32,000 nucleotides of DNA from Burkholderiales bacterium. GTDB taxonomy: Bacteria; Pseudomonadota; Gammaproteobacteria; Burkholderiales; JAEUOS01. Numbering within the stretch: the first letter of the stretch is position 1; every line of letters begins with the position of its first letter. This document shows, one piece after another, positions 18,211-25,228 of this stretch. A model generated the notes under the pieces. That model did no database searches. It worked only from the letters and a program-made list of their open reading frames with translations, and was not told the DNA's origin. The position numbers and the translations under genes are program-made. The DNA is taken from NCBI GenBank assembly GCA_031362865.1, contig JANLTH010000107.1, positions 33,033-65,032 on the forward strand, read 5' to 3'.

Positions 18211-19023
18211 ATGATGTTTCGCTCTTGGCAGATTTGCGCCACTCGTTTTTTAATGGCATTCAGCGCAATTATGTTGGGCAGCTTGGCGCTGGCACAAGAC
18301 TTCGAGCGCGAAGCGCGCTGGCGTGCTGAAATTGAGCCGACCGTCGTCGTGGGCGACCCAGTGCTGCTCAAGCATTCCGTGCGAATGGCCGCGCCCGATT
18401 TTTTTGCGATTTACACCGAGGCCAAGGGGCCACCAAAGGCCGGGTTGGTGCTGCTGCACGGGGCAGGCGTACACCCGGATTTCGGCATGATTGGCGCGCT
18501 GCGGATCTCGCTCGCCGAGGTCGGCTACGCCACGCTTTCGGTACAAATGCCGGTGCAAGGCAAAGATGCCAAAGCGGAAGACTATCACCCCAAAGTATTC
18601 CCGAATGCGCTCGACCGGATCGCCCGCGCCGCGATCTACATGCAAGGCCGTGGGCATCGCAAACTGGTGTTGGTCAGCCACAGCATGGGCGCGTGGATGG
18701 CCAATGAATATCTGGATGCCAACCCGACCAATCTCTACGGCGCATGGATTTGCATCGGCATTACCGGTGGCTTCTCCAGCGATCTGGTAGGCAGCCTGCT
18801 CAAAGGCCGCGCGCTACCGGTTTTCGATGTTTACGGGCAGCGCGATTTTGAGGTGACCATGAGCGCCGCCGGGCGACGCTTTCGCGCCATCAAAGACACC
18901 GGCGGCTCGCGTCAAATTCAGGTGCCGGGGGCCGATCACTACTTCGCTGGCAAGGAGCGTGAACTATCAACGGTGCTTGCCACGTGGCTAGGCGAGATTG
19001 CACCCAGTCTGCGGGGGCAGTAA
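18211..19023 (+). CDS. Secreted alpha/beta-fold hydrolase
   Basis: Signal peptide (MMFRSWQICATRFLMAFSAIMLGSLALAQD), an HG oxyanion-type motif (LLHGAG) and a nucleophile elbow (VSHSMGA). Confidence 0.7.
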   Translation: MMFRSWQICATRFLMAFSAIMLGSLALAQDFEREARWRAEIEPTVVVGDPVLLKHSVRMAAPDFFAIYTEAKGPPKAGLVLLHGAGVHPDFGMIGALRISLAEVGYATLSVQMPVQGKDAKAEDYHPKVFPNALDRIARAAIYMQGRGHRKLVLVSHSMGAWMANEYLDANPTNLYGAWICIGITGGFSSDLVGSLLKGRALPVFDVYGQRDFEVTMSAAGRRFRAIKDTGGSRQIQVPGADHYFAGKERELSTVLATWLGEIAPSLRGQ

Positions 19024-19049
19024 TGGGCGATGATCGCGGCATCAGGCTG

Positions 19050-19520
19050 CTATAATCTTGGGCTTCGCTTTCGCAGCGATAGACGACCGAACACCGGAGA
19101 GGTGGCAGAGTGGTCGAATGTACCTGACTCGAAATCAGGCGATGCGGTAACGTATCCGAGGGTTCGAATCCCTCCCTCTCCGCCAGTAGCCTTACGCTGG
19201 GAAGCGTAGCCCTCACTGGGCATCATCATCAAAAAGCTGGCCGCTAGTGCCAGTAGCACCGTCGCCGCCAACTGGCCTGCGTGGGCGGCGCGCTCTTTTG
19301 GGCTTTCGGTCTCGATCTTCCAAATCCATTCAAGCGTTTCGGCTGGTCCCATGTTGGCGATTCTGGCCAGCTTGATGACCTCTACCGGGTTAAGGGCTTT
19401 GATGCCCTTTTTCATTTCACTTATCCGCGCGGGCATGCAGCCAAGCGACTTAGCACATTGATAGTCAGTCGTCAATCCGTGATTTCGCATCTTGAGGATT
19501 AGTTCGTAGCTGCTATTCAT
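19050..19520 (-). CDS. Phage HTH (Cro/CI-type) regulator, putative repressor; the ORF tail runs through attL and the tRNA-Ser gene
   Basis: The N-terminal ~65 aa look like a helix-turn-helix (TDYQCAKSLGCMPARISEMKKGIKALNPVEVIKLARIA), followed by a hydrophobic segment (LAATVLLALAASFLMMM). AAGGA Shine-Dalgarno lies 8 nt before ATG 19520. Residues after ~111 are encoded by the att core and host DNA, so the true functional end is uncertain. Confidence 0.6.
   Translation of the reverse strand: MNSSYELILKMRNHGLTTDYQCAKSLGCMPARISEMKKGIKALNPVEVIKLARIANMGPAETLEWIWKIETESPKERAAHAGQLAATVLLALAASFLMMMPSEGYASQRKATGGEGGIRTLGYVTASPDFESGTFDHSATSPVFGRLSLRKRSPRL
19096..19185 (+). tRNA. tRNA-Ser (anticodon CGA, reads UCG), long variable arm
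   Basis: Acceptor stem GGAGAGG/CCTCTCC, anticodon stem-loop CCTGA-CTCGAAA-TCAGG, long variable arm, T-arm GAGGGTTCGAATCCCTC, 3' GCCA. A perfect TATAAT lies at 19051-19056, about 40 nt upstream. Confidence 0.95.
19162..19185 (+). repeat. attL core: 24-bp direct repeat (3' end of tRNA-Ser)
   Basis: GTTCGAATCCCTCCCTCTCCGCCA is identical to 27481-27504. Confidence 0.9.
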
Positions 19521-19588
19521 TTGAGAATTCCTTTTCGGTATCTGTATTATTCGTGCTTATCGTTTAGTAAGTATTCGATTGAGCCGCG
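19521..19588. promoter_or_regulatory. AT-rich divergent promoter/operator region of the prophage (regulator leftward, replication operon rightward)
   Basis: This 68-nt gap is the most AT-rich stretch of the window. A candidate rightward promoter is TTGAGA (19521-19526) - 18 nt - TATTAT (19545-19550). T(T)AT(T)CG recurs three times (about 19548, 19557 and 19572). Confidence 0.4.
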
Positions 19589-19852
19589 ATGCCGCACTAT
19601 ACCTCCAAACCCTCGCCAACGTCACGCCCGGTCTACGCGATCTGGGTTCGGTACGCTGACGGCAAGGAAACGCTCTACCGGGGCGCGCTAGGCCAGACCT
19701 GGAGCGAGCAATGCCCCGAGTCCATCAAGCTGATGACGGCCCTAGCCAAGGCCGCCAATGTGCATTCAGTGCAGTGGCACCTCCTCGACCCTCGCGATGC
19801 CATGAGCGCCAAGCTACCGCCGAATTCCATCATTCAAGGAGTAACCGCCTGA
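19589..19852 (+). CDS. Phage hypothetical protein (87 aa), first gene of the rightward operon
   Basis: ORF whose TGA overlaps the ATG of the Rep gene (TGATG at 19850-19854). No recognisable motif. Confidence 0.5.
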   Translation: MPHYTSKPSPTSRPVYAIWVRYADGKETLYRGALGQTWSEQCPESIKLMTALAKAANVHSVQWHLLDPRDAMSAKLPPNSIIQGVTA

Positions 19853-21003
19853 TGAACGCACACCAGCAAACCAATGCGCGCCGGTTTATCGAACAACAAG
19901 GCAACGGCGAAGGCTTGCGCGCGCAGCGCGCAGCCGTAGCGGTTGCCGAAGCCGCTGCCGAAGGCGCGCAGCGTCCCCCTGCTCTAACAGGGGGGGAAAG
20001 TACCCCAAATCAAGCACTTAGCGAAAGCTGGAAAGCTCAAAACGTCATCGTTGACTGGTGCCAAGGCACGTTCAAGCGAATCCGGCCGGGAACCAACCCG
20101 ATAGCCATGATTCACCTCTGGTTTTGTCATTTCCTCATGTGCGATGTTCACGGCGAAGAACGGGGGAACGGCATGTGGGGCTACGAATCCCTCACCCACT
20201 TCTACGCCCACGTAGACGGAACCAGGATACTCGTCGGCCTAGCCATGACCGGCGGCGCAAAGACCAACGGAACCCATCTCTTTCAACTAAACGGGCACGG
20301 TTGCGCACTTGTCAAAGACTGGAACGAAGTTCAAAGAGTGCTTGAAGAGCACGATGCCAGCCTAACCCGCGTCGATCTAGCCATCGACACACTCGAAGGC
20401 GCATTTCGGGTAGAAGAAGCCGCAGATTGGTACGTAGACGGCGGGTTTACCCAAGGCGGGCGAAGGCCCAAGTACAAACAAGAAGGTGATTGGTTCCTCA
20501 ACCAAGGCAGCGGTAAAACCTTCTACGTCGGCCTACGCGAACACGGCAAACAAGCCCGCGTCTACGAGAAAGGCAAACAACTCAAAGACCGCTGGTCAAT
20601 GTGGAACCGCTTCGAAGTCGAAATCCACAACACCAACCGCGATATTCCCGCCGAAATCCTCACCAAGCGAACCGAGTATTTCGCAGGCATGTACCCCATT
20701 TGCGCCACACTGGTAGACACCGAACATGCTGAACGGATAGCCACCTTAAAAAAAGAAGGGGAGATCAGCCTTGCGCACCTTATGCACTGGAACAAAGTCG
20801 CATACGGACGTTTGATCTTCCAGCTAACCAGCGCTGGTCACACACCTGAAAGCATCATCCAAGACACGCAACGCGAGGGCGTGCCTAGGAGATTGTCCAA
20901 AGCCTCGCTATTAAAAATCCGCCAAGGCGGCTCCCAGAGGAGTATCAAAGATGAACAACATGACCCAAACCAACCAGCGCATGACCGGCCTGGGATTCTT
21001 TGA
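19852..21003 (+). CDS. Rolling-circle replication initiation protein (Rep_trans/RstA-like, gII analogue)
   Basis: Motifs typical of the Rep_trans family: TRVDLAIDT, ARVYEKGKQL (candidate catalytic Tyr) and RFEVEIH. It occupies the first large gene position of the rightward operon. The ORF-track start at 19711 overlaps the previous ORF, so the coupled ATG 19852 is preferred. Confidence 0.75.
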   Translation: MNAHQQTNARRFIEQQGNGEGLRAQRAAVAVAEAAAEGAQRPPALTGGESTPNQALSESWKAQNVIVDWCQGTFKRIRPGTNPIAMIHLWFCHFLMCDVHGEERGNGMWGYESLTHFYAHVDGTRILVGLAMTGGAKTNGTHLFQLNGHGCALVKDWNEVQRVLEEHDASLTRVDLAIDTLEGAFRVEEAADWYVDGGFTQGGRRPKYKQEGDWFLNQGSGKTFYVGLREHGKQARVYEKGKQLKDRWSMWNRFEVEIHNTNRDIPAEILTKRTEYFAGMYPICATLVDTEHAERIATLKKEGEISLAHLMHWNKVAYGRLIFQLTSAGHTPESIIQDTQREGVPRRLSKASLLKIRQGGSQRSIKDEQHDPNQPAHDRPGIL

Positions 21004-21298
21004 AGGCGAAATTGACGGCAAAGACATCAAGTCCGGCTCGATTTTCGTTGAGTCAGCTCTTGATGAAACCAAGAGCAACGCCAAAGGAACGCGCAGTGTC
21101 GAGCACAAAGTGGATATGGACCTTATCAAAGCGCTCATGCACAACCCCATGCCCATGATGGTCGATCTTGAATTTGAACACCGCGTCACACGCGGCGCTA
21201 TGTCTTTCAGGTGCATCAACGTCCTTCCCAAAGGCGTACCGCAAACCACGACGGTAAAAAGCCCGTTAGCTGGCAAAGCCACCGCAGCAGGCTTCTAA
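20951..21298 (+). CDS. Phage protein in the gV position (putative ssDNA-binding protein), 115 aa
   Basis: Strong GAGGAG Shine-Dalgarno 8 nt upstream of ATG 20951. It overlaps the Rep 3' end by 53 nt. Size and position match inovirus gV; the function is positional inference only. Confidence 0.45.
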   Translation: MNNMTQTNQRMTGLGFFEGEIDGKDIKSGSIFVESALDETKSNAKGTRSVEHKVDMDLIKALMHNPMPMMVDLEFEHRVTRGAMSFRCINVLPKGVPQTTTVKSPLAGKATAAGF

Positions 21299-21316
21299 TC
21301 GTTCCGGCTACGACAC

Positions 21317-21796
21317 ATGCCAACCGTCTACGTATGCAGCAATGCTGCTGTACCTGCAAATCAGGTGCAAGGCAACGCTACGATGCGCACGGCTTGCCCA
21401 AACGGGCAATTCGTGAGCATCAGCTACGACGCTCTGGTAAACGCCGCCCCAGCGTACCAAACCACTCAATCGCAGCTAGCAACTGCGATTGCCACCAACA
21501 CCACGCAAGGCAATCAAATCACAGCCCTGCAAACCGTTAACAACCAGCAGGGCACGGCCATCACGCTGCTGCAATCATCCAATCAAAGCCAAGCCGCCAG
21601 CATCCAGCAACTGCAAACCCAAATCACGCAGCTACAGCAAAGCAACCCAATCGGTGGCGGAATCGTTCCACCGCTGAGCATTTCCGACGCTGGAACCGTT
21701 TTAAGCGCCATAGCGCTCATTTGGGCTGTCGCCTACGGTATCCGAATGATTATCGATTTCATCCGCAGCAGCGCAGCTATCGCACGCGAGAACTAA
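21317..21796 (+). CDS. Phage Q/T/N-rich coiled-coil protein with coat-protein-like C-terminal membrane anchor (159 aa)
   Basis: Heptad-like Q-rich region (ITALQTVNNQQGTAITLLQSSNQSQAASIQQLQTQITQLQQ) followed by DAGTVLSAIALIWAVAYGIRMIIDFIRSS. Lies directly upstream of the major coat gene. No clear Shine-Dalgarno. Confidence 0.5.
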   Translation: MPTVYVCSNAAVPANQVQGNATMRTACPNGQFVSISYDALVNAAPAYQTTQSQLATAIATNTTQGNQITALQTVNNQQGTAITLLQSSNQSQAASIQQLQTQITQLQQSNPIGGGIVPPLSISDAGTVLSAIALIWAVAYGIRMIIDFIRSSAAIAREN

Positions 21797-21858
21797 GAAC
21801 ACGGACAAGCCGCCAGTCCGTGTGGTTCACTACGGCGGCACAAACCTAGGAGCAAATC

Positions 21859-22086
21859 ATGAACAAAGTATTTCAAGCAGTCCGCAAAGGCGGCAAGTGG
21901 CTCGTAGTAGCCGCACCAGCCGCCGCACTGACCACCAACGCTGCTGCCCAAGCTGTTGACACGACTGCCGCTGTCGCTGCGATCACGTCGCAAAGCGGTG
22001 CGTTGACGGCTATCGGCACGGCAGTCGTTGCCATCTCCGTGGTCTACATGATTTTCAAGTGGATCAAGTCGATGATCAAAGGCTAA
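21859..22086 (+). CDS. Major coat protein (gVIII-like)
   Basis: 75 aa. Signal peptide ends AAAQA, and the mature ~44 aa have an acidic N-terminus (VDTT), a hydrophobic helix (ALTAIGTAVVAISVVYMIF) and a basic tail (KWIKSMIKG). TAGGAG Shine-Dalgarno upstream and a strong terminator downstream. Confidence 0.8.
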   Translation: MNKVFQAVRKGGKWLVVAAPAAALTTNAAAQAVDTTAAVAAITSQSGALTAIGTAVVAISVVYMIFKWIKSMIKG

Positions 22087-22108
22087 AAAACGCCGAAGTC
22101 AACGATTG

Positions 22109-22131
22109 AAAGCCGGGGCAACCCGGCTTTT
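22109..22131 (+). terminator. Rho-independent terminator after the major coat gene
   Basis: AAAGCCGGG-gcaa-CCCGGCTTT followed by T; 9-bp perfect stem with a tetraloop. Confidence 0.8.
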
Positions 22132-22150
22132 GTCCTCAAGGAGAAAAGAC

Positions 22151-22210
22151 ATGGAAGGCTGGTTTCTGCTTACAGCAGGCATTGGAGCACTTTGGATTAT
22201 TCTTCGATGA
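22151..22210 (+). CDS. 19-codon hydrophobic micro-ORF (MEGWFLLTAGIGALWIILR) coupled to the pIII-like gene
   Basis: AAGGAG (22138-22143) lies 7 nt before ATG 22151. Its TGA overlaps the ATG of the next gene (ATGA, 22207-22210). It is too short for the supplied ORF track. Confidence 0.5.
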   Translation: MEGWFLLTAGIGALWIILR

Positions 22211-23601
22211 TTAGGCTGTTATTGATCTTGCAAATCTTCGTATTGCTGACCTTGTCAGTCGGCGCGCCGAAGAACGCGGTAGCAGTGACTTACGGTTGTT
22301 CCGTAATAGGTGATCCTACTTCGTGTTCTTGTTCCGATCCCCACTATTCTTTAGCTCCGGGGACTCAGGTTTGCGTGCGGACATCCTGCCCGGCCGGTCG
22401 CCGCGTCCAGGGCGACAGCTGTATTGTGGTATGCCCTGATGGTTCCGATCTTCCAGCATCGGGCGTTTGTCTAGAAGCATGTCCACCTGCACAAACGCGA
22501 GTAAACGGCGTATGCCAATGTCAGGCCGGATTCACGTTCAACACCGTCGAGAATGCCTGCAAAAAAGATGAAACTTGCGCGTCGCGCGGCGACAAAGATC
22601 AAAGCATCACCTGGTACGGCCCGGTCACGGTTCCTCCGACGCTTCCAGGCCCTGGGCGCTTTTGCATCGATGGATGCCGCTATTCTTCTGGCGCGGGCAA
22701 CTGCGGTACATCCGAGTCAGGAAAAACGGCCTGCTGGGCGGGTAAGTTGTGGAACCAGCAGACCGCGTGCACGCCGGGTTCAGGCGATAGCAAAACTGAC
22801 CCACCGCCGAACGATCCAAGCTGCGGCGTTGGCATGTGCCCCGGCAATGTAAACGGTACTAACGTTTGCGTCCCGTGCAAAACGAGGACAACCGATGACG
22901 GCGGCAGTGGAGGCGGAACAGGCGCTGGAACAGGCAGCGGCAATGGCAATGGTGGAACGGTGGGGCCAACGACCACGGATAGTAACGGTGGCTCTGATGT
23001 CCCTGGCGGCAGCACGACTTCGACAAACACAAACACCACAACCGATAGCAGTACAGGGCAAACCACAACGACAACAACCAAGACCACGACGACGAACACC
23101 GATGGCGTGAAGACCACAAAAACGGATACAACAAACACCAGTAAAGATACACCAACATTCTGCAAGGAAAACCCCAACCACACGCTTTGCAAAACGACGA
23201 CAGTCACCGGTCAAGAGTGTTCGCAGACAAGCGTCTGCAACGGCGATGCCGTCCAATGCGCAATTCTGGCCAAAGAAAAAGACATGGCTTGCGCACTCGA
23301 AGCTAGCAAAGGCATGGCCGACGTAGCACTAACGATCGGCACGTCCAGCGACCCGCAAAAGGACACCCTTGCCAAAGGCGGCACTAGCAGAAAAGAGGTA
23401 GACCTGAAATCGTTCGCACCTGGACCAGCAACCGTAAGCGGAGCATGTCCTGCACCAAAAACGATCCCGCTCCCGTTCGGCGGATCGGTAACAGCCTCAT
23501 TCGAGCCATTGTGCAGCCTAGCCCCATATATCCGATTAATGCTGTTATTTTCAACAGCTATATGGTGTATCATTTTTATTAGCAGCAAACAAGGAAGCTA
23601 A
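22207..23601 (+). CDS. Minor coat / adsorption protein (pIII-like)
   Basis: Signal peptide MIRLLLILQIFVLLTLSVGAPKNAVA, Cys-rich N-terminal domains and a long Gly/Ser/Thr linker (GGSGGGTGAGTGSGNGNGG ... TTTTTTKTTTTN). A C-terminal hydrophobic anchor is present (LMLLFSTAIWCIIFI). The position after the coat gene fits pIII. The ORF-track TTG 22192 is less likely than ATG 22207. Confidence 0.75.
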   Translation: MIRLLLILQIFVLLTLSVGAPKNAVAVTYGCSVIGDPTSCSCSDPHYSLAPGTQVCVRTSCPAGRRVQGDSCIVVCPDGSDLPASGVCLEACPPAQTRVNGVCQCQAGFTFNTVENACKKDETCASRGDKDQSITWYGPVTVPPTLPGPGRFCIDGCRYSSGAGNCGTSESGKTACWAGKLWNQQTACTPGSGDSKTDPPPNDPSCGVGMCPGNVNGTNVCVPCKTRTTDDGGSGGGTGAGTGSGNGNGGTVGPTTTDSNGGSDVPGGSTTSTNTNTTTDSSTGQTTTTTTKTTTTNTDGVKTTKTDTTNTSKDTPTFCKENPNHTLCKTTTVTGQECSQTSVCNGDAVQCAILAKEKDMACALEASKGMADVALTIGTSSDPQKDTLAKGGTSRKEVDLKSFAPGPATVSGACPAPKTIPLPFGGSVTASFEPLCSLAPYIRLMLLFSTAIWCIIFISSKQGS

Positions 23602-23603
23602 CT

Positions 23604-23918
23604 ATGGCACTCCCCGCTGTCGGAATGGTCATTGCAGGCGCGCTGAGCTACGTAGCCACGCACTTAGCTTCAAAAGTTATTGTTCACCTAGGCTTAGGCG
23701 TGGTGACCTACGTTGGCATCGACATCCTGATTCAAAAGTTTCAAAATTTCGCGTTCGACCAGCTAAACGGCCTCCCTCAAGACCTGCTTCAGTTTACAAA
23801 GCTCCTAGGTTTTGACACCGCCATAGCCATGATCTTCAGCGCCATTACCGTTCGTTGGACGCTCGGCGGCCTTTTCTCGAGTTCGGTATCCCGTTGGTTC
23901 GTCCAAGGTCGTGAGTAA
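23604..23918 (+). CDS. Minor coat protein (pVI-like, DUF2523-type)
   Basis: 104-aa hydrophobic protein with three predicted membrane segments. It starts 3 nt after the pIII-like stop and lies upstream of the Zot/pI gene, as in other inoviruses. Confidence 0.65.
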   Translation: MALPAVGMVIAGALSYVATHLASKVIVHLGLGVVTYVGIDILIQKFQNFAFDQLNGLPQDLLQFTKLLGFDTAIAMIFSAITVRWTLGGLFSSSVSRWFVQGRE

Positions 23919-24163
23919 GGTACAGGCGCCAATTGCGGGTCTGGGGGATCATCCCCCAGCCGGCCTCCAGTCCGGGAACTGGAGGGGTTTGGGCACCGCC
24001 CAATCGGGGGTTTGGGGTAGAGACTACCCCAATGGGTTTGGGCAAAGTCCAAGGTCTTGCGTGAGGGATAGCAGCCCACTGGTGGAGACTACAGGCTCCA
24101 TGCTCGCACAAAAGCCCGGTTTCGCATGCGAAACACGCCCGTCTTTAACGCAGTAAAAGCCCA
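23919..24163 (+). other. Highly structured non-coding spacer (four hairpins, three GGGTTTGGG repeats) between the pVI-like and pI genes
   Basis: Hairpins at 23941-23959, 23964-23985 and 24012-24032, plus the palindrome GTTTCGCATGCGAAAC at 24119-24134. GGGTTTGGG occurs at 23985, 24008 and 24034. A flanking direct repeat GTCCAAGGTC lies at 23901-23910 and 24047-24056. Confidence 0.7.
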
Positions 24164-25228
24164 ATGATTCGCCTTATTACCGGGCTACCCGGAAACGGTA
24201 AAACCCTACGCGTAGTTTGGGAACTCTCGAAGATCGCCGAAAAAGGCGAACGCCCGATCTACGTCCACGGCATTCCGGATCTGGCCATCCCTGTCAATCA
24301 GCTAGAAGACCCAGAAAAATGGTATGAACACGAAGACCACGCGCTAATCGTCATCGACGAAGCGCAAAGTATCTTCAGGCCACGTGGTACCGGCAGCAAC
24401 GTACCGCCACATGTGGCCCGGCTAGAAAAACACCGTCACCAAGGCATCGACCTCTGGCTCATTACGCAGCATCCCATGCTGCTCGATACCAACGTCCGAC
24501 GACTAGTCGGCGAACACATTCACGTTCATCGACCTTTCGGATTTCAACGAGCAACCATTCTCAAATGGCAAGAAGTCAGCAACCCAAGTAGTAAATCGCA
24601 CATCGCGCAAGCGCAAAAAGAACAATGGTCATTCCCGCAAGATGCTTACAAGCTCTACAAAAGCGCCCAAGTCCACACGCATAAAGCGCAAATTCCGTGG
24701 AAGATGGTCATCCTCGCCATCGGCACGCTAGTTGCGGCAGTAGTCGCCATGGGCTACGCCTACTACCACTTCAGCAAGATGGCCAACGCAGGCAAGCCAT
24801 TGACCGAAGCCACAAAGGCCCAACCCAGTGCCCTCGGTGGCGGCCTCGCAGTCGTTGGAAATAGCGACAAAAAAAAGAGTCCTCAAGAAGATCTCAGAGA
24901 TTGGCTAGACGCCAGGAAGCCAAGAATCGAAGGATTGCCCGAGACTGCGCCGCAATACGACGACGTAATGAAACCGCAAGTCGCCCCGCAGCCCTCGGCT
25001 TGCATCAAAATGCGTGACGAATGCCGGTGCTACACCCACCAAGCCACATTGATCGACATGTCCAGAAATCTCTGCGAGCAAATCGTCAAGAAAGGTTATT
25101 TCGACGCCACGCTAGCTAGGGAAAATCGCAGCTCCACATCTGTGCAGGGGCAAAGCAACCGCGCGCCCACGCAACAAGTGCCAACCGTTACACTAGCGCT
25201 ACCTGATTTCAAGGAAACTAAACCATGA
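24164..25228 (+). CDS. Assembly ATPase pI (zonular occludens toxin, Zot family)
   Basis: N-terminal MIRLITGLPGNGKT (Walker A), ALIVIDEAQ (Walker B) and a central TM helix (MVILAIGTLVAAVVAMGYAYY) followed by a periplasmic tail. This is the classic pI/Zot architecture. Confidence 0.9.
   Translation: MIRLITGLPGNGKTLRVVWELSKIAEKGERPIYVHGIPDLAIPVNQLEDPEKWYEHEDHALIVIDEAQSIFRPRGTGSNVPPHVARLEKHRHQGIDLWLITQHPMLLDTNVRRLVGEHIHVHRPFGFQRATILKWQEVSNPSSKSHIAQAQKEQWSFPQDAYKLYKSAQVHTHKAQIPWKMVILAIGTLVAAVVAMGYAYYHFSKMANAGKPLTEATKAQPSALGGGLAVVGNSDKKKSPQEDLRDWLDARKPRIEGLPETAPQYDDVMKPQVAPQPSACIKMRDECRCYTHQATLIDMSRNLCEQIVKKGYFDATLARENRSSTSVQGQSNRAPTQQVPTVTLALPDFKETKP

Noticed and set aside
19186-19300. Possibility that the element is a tyrosine-integrase genomic island, or that it extends beyond 27504
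   Set aside because: No tyrosine integrase or transposase is present. The second repeat copy at 27481-27504 closes the element. GC content and gene content revert to host-like immediately afterwards.
19711-19851. N-terminal extension of the Rep ORF (ORF-track start 19711)
   Set aside because: It overlaps the 87-aa ORF in another frame and has an Arg/Pro-rich, unconserved-looking translation. ATG 19852 is coupled to the upstream stop codon (TGATG).
22680-23256. Val-rich and Cys/Arg-rich minus-strand ORFs (22680-23207, 22780-23256, 22859-23158) opposite the pIII-like gene
   Set aside because: They are mirror images of the ACN/GGN low-complexity linker codons of the pIII-like gene and have no start context.
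23911-24156. 81-codon + strand ORF (GTG start) that exactly fills the pVI-pI spacer, plus two minus-strand ORFs over the same DNA
   Set aside because: The region is open in several frames at once, which is typical of GC-rich, stop-poor DNA. The product is Gly/Pro-rich low complexity with no RBS, and hairpins and direct repeats explain the sequence better. It is kept as the explicit alternative hypothesis in the corresponding finding.
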